The notes beneath the pieces were generated by a model that did not search any database, was not told the DNA's origin, and was given only the letters and a program-made list of their open reading frames with translations. A DNA stretch of 36,388 nucleotides from Candidatus Marinamargulisbacteria bacterium (lineage in GTDB: Bacteria > Margulisbacteria > Marinamargulisbacteria > SXXA01 > JAHFDB01): positions 1 through 36,388 of the forward strand of contig CAXNHA010000002.1 in NCBI GenBank assembly GCA_964202165.1, in the 5' to 3' direction. A program made the position numbers and the translations under genes. Each line of letters starts with the position of its first letter. Position 1 is the first letter of the stretch. Of this stretch, positions 32,886 to 36,388 are shown one piece after another.

Positions 32886-34793
32886 ATGGCACTAGAGGCA
32901 CACATTCCAGACGGGATCCTTACAGACAAGTGGGAGCACCATAAGTTTCACATGAAATTGGTCAATCCTGCCAACAAGCGAAAATATACGGTGATTGTTG
33001 TGGGCACAGGCCTTGCAGGGGCATCAGCTGCAGCTTCTTTGGGAGAACTTGGATACCAGGTAAAGGCGTTTTGTTTTCAAGACTCCCCGAGACGAGCCCA
33101 TAGCATTGCAGCTCAAGGGGGCATTAATGCGGCAAAGAATTATCAAAATGATGGCGATAGTGTCTTTCGGTTGTTTTATGACACCTTAAAAGGGGGTGAT
33201 TTTAGGGCGAGAGAGGCCAATGTGTATAGACTGGCAGAAATCAGCAATCGCATCATTGATCAATGTGTGGCACAAGGGGTTCCCTTTGCAAGGGAATACG
33301 GAGGATTGTTAGACAACCGCTCTTTTGGTGGTGCTCAAGTATCACGTACTTTTTATGCCAGAGGTCAGACAGGTCAGCAGTTGTTGTTGGGTGCTTATAG
33401 CGCCATGATGAAAGAAGTAGATAACGGAAATGTCACTTTGTTTTCGAGACGAGAAATGCTGGATATTGTCTTGGTGGACGGAGTAGCGAGAGGCATTATT
33501 GTCAGAAACTTGCTCACTGGTAAAATCGAACGATACAGTGCGGATGCCGTGGTACTGGCTACAGGGGGTTATAGCAATGTGTTTTATCTGTCGACAAACG
33601 CACAGGGGTGTAATGTCACCGCCACATGGAGAGCCCATAAAAAAGGGGCTTACTTTGCAAACCCTTGTTTTACGCAAATTCATCCCACCTGTATCCCTGT
33701 TCATGGAGATTATCAATCAAAGCTAACCCTGATGAGTGAAAGCTTGCGAAACGATGGGCGTGTTTGGGTACCTAAAACAAAAGGAGACCGTCGACCTCCT
33801 TCTTCTATTCCTGAAGAAGACAGAGACTATTATCTTGAAAGAAAATATCCTAGCTTTGGTAATCTGGTGCCACGAGATTTGGCTTCTCGAAATGCCAAAC
33901 AAGTTTGTGACGAAGGCCGAGGCGTAGGGTCAACAGGATTGGCTGTATACTTGGATTTTTCAGATGCCATCCTTCGATTGGGTCATGACACGATTCAAGC
34001 CCGTTATGGCAATTTGTTTGAGATGTACGAGCGCATCACAGGAAGTGATCCTTACAAAGAGCCTATGATGATGTATCCCGCTGTGCACTATACGATGGGT
34101 GGGTTGTGGGTAGATTATCATTTGATGAGTACCGTTGCAGGCCTTCATGTATTGGGTGAGGCCAATTTTTCTGACCATGGGGCCAACCGGTTGGGTGCCA
34201 GTGCATTGATGCAAGGGCTTGCGGATGGATACTTTATTATTCCCCATACAATTGGACACTATCTGGCGTCCAATTCCTTGCCAAAAATAACAACTGACCA
34301 CATTGCCTTTGATCAAGCCGAAGAAGAAGTACAGGCAAAAGTTAACACCTTACTCAACATCAAGGGAAAGCGTACCGTGAACGATTTTCACCGAGAGCTT
34401 GGGCTATTGATGTGGGACAAATGTGGGATGGCACGAAACAAAGACGGGCTAAAAGAGGCCCTCCAAAAAATTCCTGTGTTGCGAGAAGAATTTTGGAAAA
34501 ATGTCAACGTTGTGGGTTCGGGAGAAGATTTTAATCAAAACCTCGAAAAAGCTGGTCGAGTAGCCGACTTTTTAGAATTTTCAGAGCTCATGATTGTGGA
34601 TGCCTTGCACCGAGAAGAATCTTGCGGAGGTCATTTTAGGGAAGAATATCAAAGCCCTGATGGAGAGGCTGCCCGACGAGATGCTGATTTTTCTTATGTA
34701 GCCGCTTGGGAATACACAGGTTCTTCTCCTATTTTACATAAAGAAGCCTTGCATTTTGATACCGTCAAACCGTCTCAAAGGAGTTATAAATAA
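32886..34793 (+). CDS. sdhA: succinate dehydrogenase flavoprotein subunit
   Basis: [12 protein letters not shown] and [14 protein letters not shown] (FAD-His). ATG at 32886 is preceded by AAGGAG; the track ORF start at 32814 lies inside sdhC and is rejected. Confidence 0.95.
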   Translation: MALEAHIPDGILTDKWEHHKFHMKLVNPANKRKYTVIVVGTGLAGASAAASLGELGYQVKAFCFQDSPRRAHSIAAQGGINAAKNYQNDGDSVFRLFYDTLKGGDFRAREANVYRLAEISNRIIDQCVAQGVPFAREYGGLLDNRSFGGAQVSRTFYARGQTGQQLLLGAYSAMMKEVDNGNVTLFSRREMLDIVLVDGVARGIIVRNLLTGKIERYSADAVVLATGGYSNVFYLSTNAQGCNVTATWRAHKKGAYFANPCFTQIHPTCIPVHGDYQSKLTLMSESLRNDGRVWVPKTKGDRRPPSSIPEEDRDYYLERKYPSFGNLVPRDLASRNAKQVCDEGRGVGSTGLAVYLDFSDAILRLGHDTIQARYGNLFEMYERITGSDPYKEPMMMYPAVHYTMGGLWVDYHLMSTVAGLHVLGEANFSDHGANRLGASALMQGLADGYFIIPHTIGHYLASNSLPKITTDHIAFDQAEEEVQAKVNTLLNIKGKRTVNDFHRELGLLMWDKCGMARNKDGLKEALQKIPVLREEFWKNVNVVGSGEDFNQNLEKAGRVADFLEFSELMIVDALHREESCGGHFREEYQSPDGEAARRDADFSYVAAWEYTGSSPILHKEALHFDTVKPSQRSYK

Positions 34794-35545
34794 TGAAAAG
34801 TACCCTTAACCTCACACTTAAAGTATGGCGTCAAAAAAATGCCAGTACACCTGGAAAATTTGAAACGTATCAGGCCAAAGATATTGATAGTCAGGCTTCT
34901 TTTTTGGAGATGTTGGATGTGGTCAACGATCAGCTGACTAAAGAAGGCAAAGAACCTATTGCCTTTGACCATGATTGCCGAGAAGGTATTTGTGGTTCTT
35001 GCGGAGCTGTCGTCAATGGACAAGCCCATGGCCCGTCGGACAAAACAACCTTGTGCCAATTGCATATGAGATATTTTAAAGACGGGGATGTGATTGTGTT
35101 AGAGCCTTTTCGAGCCAAGGCCTTTCCCATTGTCAAAGATCTTGTGGTGGACAGGTCAGCTTTTGATAGGATCATTGCCTCAGGCGGATATGTCTCCGTG
35201 CGTACAGGATCTCCTCAAGATGCCAATGCGATATTGATTCCAAAAGACGTTGCAGATTTGGCAATGGATGTGGCCCAATGCATTGCTTGTGCAGCATGCG
35301 TGGCTGCATGTCCAAATGCGGCTGCTATGTTGTTTGTTTCTGCCAAAGTCAGCCAATTGTCGTTGTTGCCTCAAGGGCAAGCAGAGTCCAAAAAAAGAGT
35401 AAAACGCATGGTCAAACAAATGGATGAAGAAGGATTTGGCAACTGCTCCAACGAGTATCTTTGCGAAGCGGCTTGTCCAAAAGGGATAACAGTTGCCACT
35501 ATAGCTCGGATGAATAGAGAGCATTTTTCTTCTACCCTTTCATAA
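34793..35545 (+). CDS. sdhB: succinate dehydrogenase iron-sulfur subunit
   Basis: [23 protein letters not shown], and CEAACPKGI cluster motifs. There is a TAATG overlap with sdhA. Confidence 0.94.
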   Translation: MKSTLNLTLKVWRQKNASTPGKFETYQAKDIDSQASFLEMLDVVNDQLTKEGKEPIAFDHDCREGICGSCGAVVNGQAHGPSDKTTLCQLHMRYFKDGDVIVLEPFRAKAFPIVKDLVVDRSAFDRIIASGGYVSVRTGSPQDANAILIPKDVADLAMDVAQCIACAACVAACPNAAAMLFVSAKVSQLSLLPQGQAESKKRVKRMVKQMDEEGFGNCSNEYLCEAACPKGITVATIARMNREHFSSTLS

Positions 35546-35549
35546 TTTT

Positions 35550-36134
35550 ATGTCAGGGTTTTTGTCACAGTCTTTTGAAGAAGCCAGTGCACTTCCTAGA
35601 CAAGTATTAGCTGATCCTCATGTCAAAACTGTCCTGCAAAAAATGGTGACCCTTTGTGCAGAAGCGATTACATCCAATAATCGACTCTTTTTTTGTGGAA
35701 ATGGTGGCAGTTGTTGTGATGCCATGCATGCGGCAGAAGAGTTCACGGGGCGGTTTCGAAAAAACAGACGGGCATTGCCTGCCATTGCTATCTCGGATCC
35801 AGCCCATATCACCTGTGTGGGTAACGATTTTGGGTTTGATTATATTTTTTCACGGTATGTAGAAGCCCATGGACGGCCACGCGATATTTTGGTTATCTTG
35901 TCCACGAGTGGGCAGTCAACAAACCTGATCAAAGCAGTAGAGACGGCCAAAGAGATGGGGATGAGTATCTTGTCTTTTTTGGGGAAAGACGGTGGCAAAC
36001 TAAAAGGGTGTGCGACACTTGAATGTATCATACCTTCTTACCAAAGCGAGCGTATCCAAGAAATGCATATGACCTTGCTCCACTTGATGATAGAAGGGAT
36101 AGAACGGCATCTTTTTCCAGAACAGTATGCTTGA
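35550..36134 (+). CDS. gmhA: D-sedoheptulose-7-phosphate isomerase (SIS domain)
   Basis: FFCGNGGSCCDAMHAAEEF, ILSTSGQSTNLI, and the C-terminal IQEMHMTLLH are typical GmhA motifs. The length is 194 aa. Confidence 0.85.
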   Translation: MSGFLSQSFEEASALPRQVLADPHVKTVLQKMVTLCAEAITSNNRLFFCGNGGSCCDAMHAAEEFTGRFRKNRRALPAIAISDPAHITCVGNDFGFDYIFSRYVEAHGRPRDILVILSTSGQSTNLIKAVETAKEMGMSILSFLGKDGGKLKGCATLECIIPSYQSERIQEMHMTLLHLMIEGIERHLFPEQYA

Positions 36135-36336
36135 TGGAAACAGAGTTTTTGTGATGCGATGGCATAGGATCTGGATACGGCGTGAGGCTGTCGGGGGTGT
36201 TTTGCTGGTAGGGGCAACGGTCTTGTCTGTGATAATAGCCACTATTCCGGAGACGCCTAGTTCTGTTTCACCTGGATCTTACTGGTGGATAAAAGAAGGT
36301 CTGATGTCGGTTTTTTTCTTTGGGGTAGGCCAGTAG
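36127..36336 (+). pseudogene. nhaA: Na+/H+ antiporter NhaA N-terminal fragment, apparently disrupted
   Basis: EAVGGVLLVGATVLSVI...WWIKEGLMSVFFFGVG matches the NhaA TM1-TM2 pattern (WINDxLMAxFFxxVGLEIKRE). A TAG stop follows directly after VGQ. A GLLKKE-like continuation appears in another frame before a further stop. The TM1-TM2 spacing also looks shortened. Confidence 0.5.
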
Positions 36337-36388
36337 TGTCCGGTCTTTTGAAAAAAGAGTGAGTACAAATTGAGTAGAAGAATTTGGC

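Noticed and set aside
1-36388. A window-wide scan for CRISPR arrays, rRNA genes, prophage or toxin-antitoxin modules, and recoded stop codons.
   Set aside because: No regularly spaced direct repeats were found, and no rRNA-like sequence or phage structural or integrase genes. Conserved genes end at TGA, TAA or TAG as expected for the standard code.

Overview
The window is bacterial chromosome, standard genetic code, moderately AT-rich by eye, and densely packed with many ATGA/GTGA start-stop overlaps. All calls come from reading the sequence and recalling family motifs from memory; no searches were run. From left to right it contains the following.

- **gatA/gatC and orphans:** gatA is edge-truncated and missing from the ORF track. 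It is followed by gatC and a three-gene orphan operon.
- **Small ORF:** an untracked 28-aa ultra-basic ORF resembling ribosomal protein bS22.
- **Replication-initiation locus:** dciA-recF-dnaN-dnaA on the minus strand, with DnaA-box clusters on both sides of dnaA.
- **Housekeeping block:** an orphan gene, an aminotransferase, a pair of small EamA/SMR-like membrane proteins, rpiB, tRNA-Pro(UGG) and valS.
- **Carboxylase locus:** a very large, divergent pyruvate-carboxylase-like gene bracketed by two minimal biotin-protein-ligase paralogs.
- **Inserted cassette:** a 1.2-kb single-gene cassette (AAA ATPase + wHTH + PD-(D/E)xK nuclease, DUF4143-type) lies between the formerly overlapping 3' ends of birA-2 and an exonuclease I gene. 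It is flanked by a direct repeat and a collapsed birA-2 remnant.
- **Before the strand switch:** a membrane protein and rho.
- **Plus-strand block after a strand switch near 24.0 kb:** an unknown 621-aa protein coupled to a YadGH-type ABC-2 exporter, an IMPase-family gene, rsmD, coaD, a coiled-coil protein, rph, an orphan JAMM/MPN protein, mdh, sdhCAB, gmhA and a decayed nhaA fragment.

No CRISPR array, rRNA, transposase or integrase was seen. The most interesting candidates are the repeat-flanked ATPase-nuclease cassette, the giant carboxylase with its two ligase paralogs, and the unknown 621-aa gene coupled to the ABC-2 exporter.
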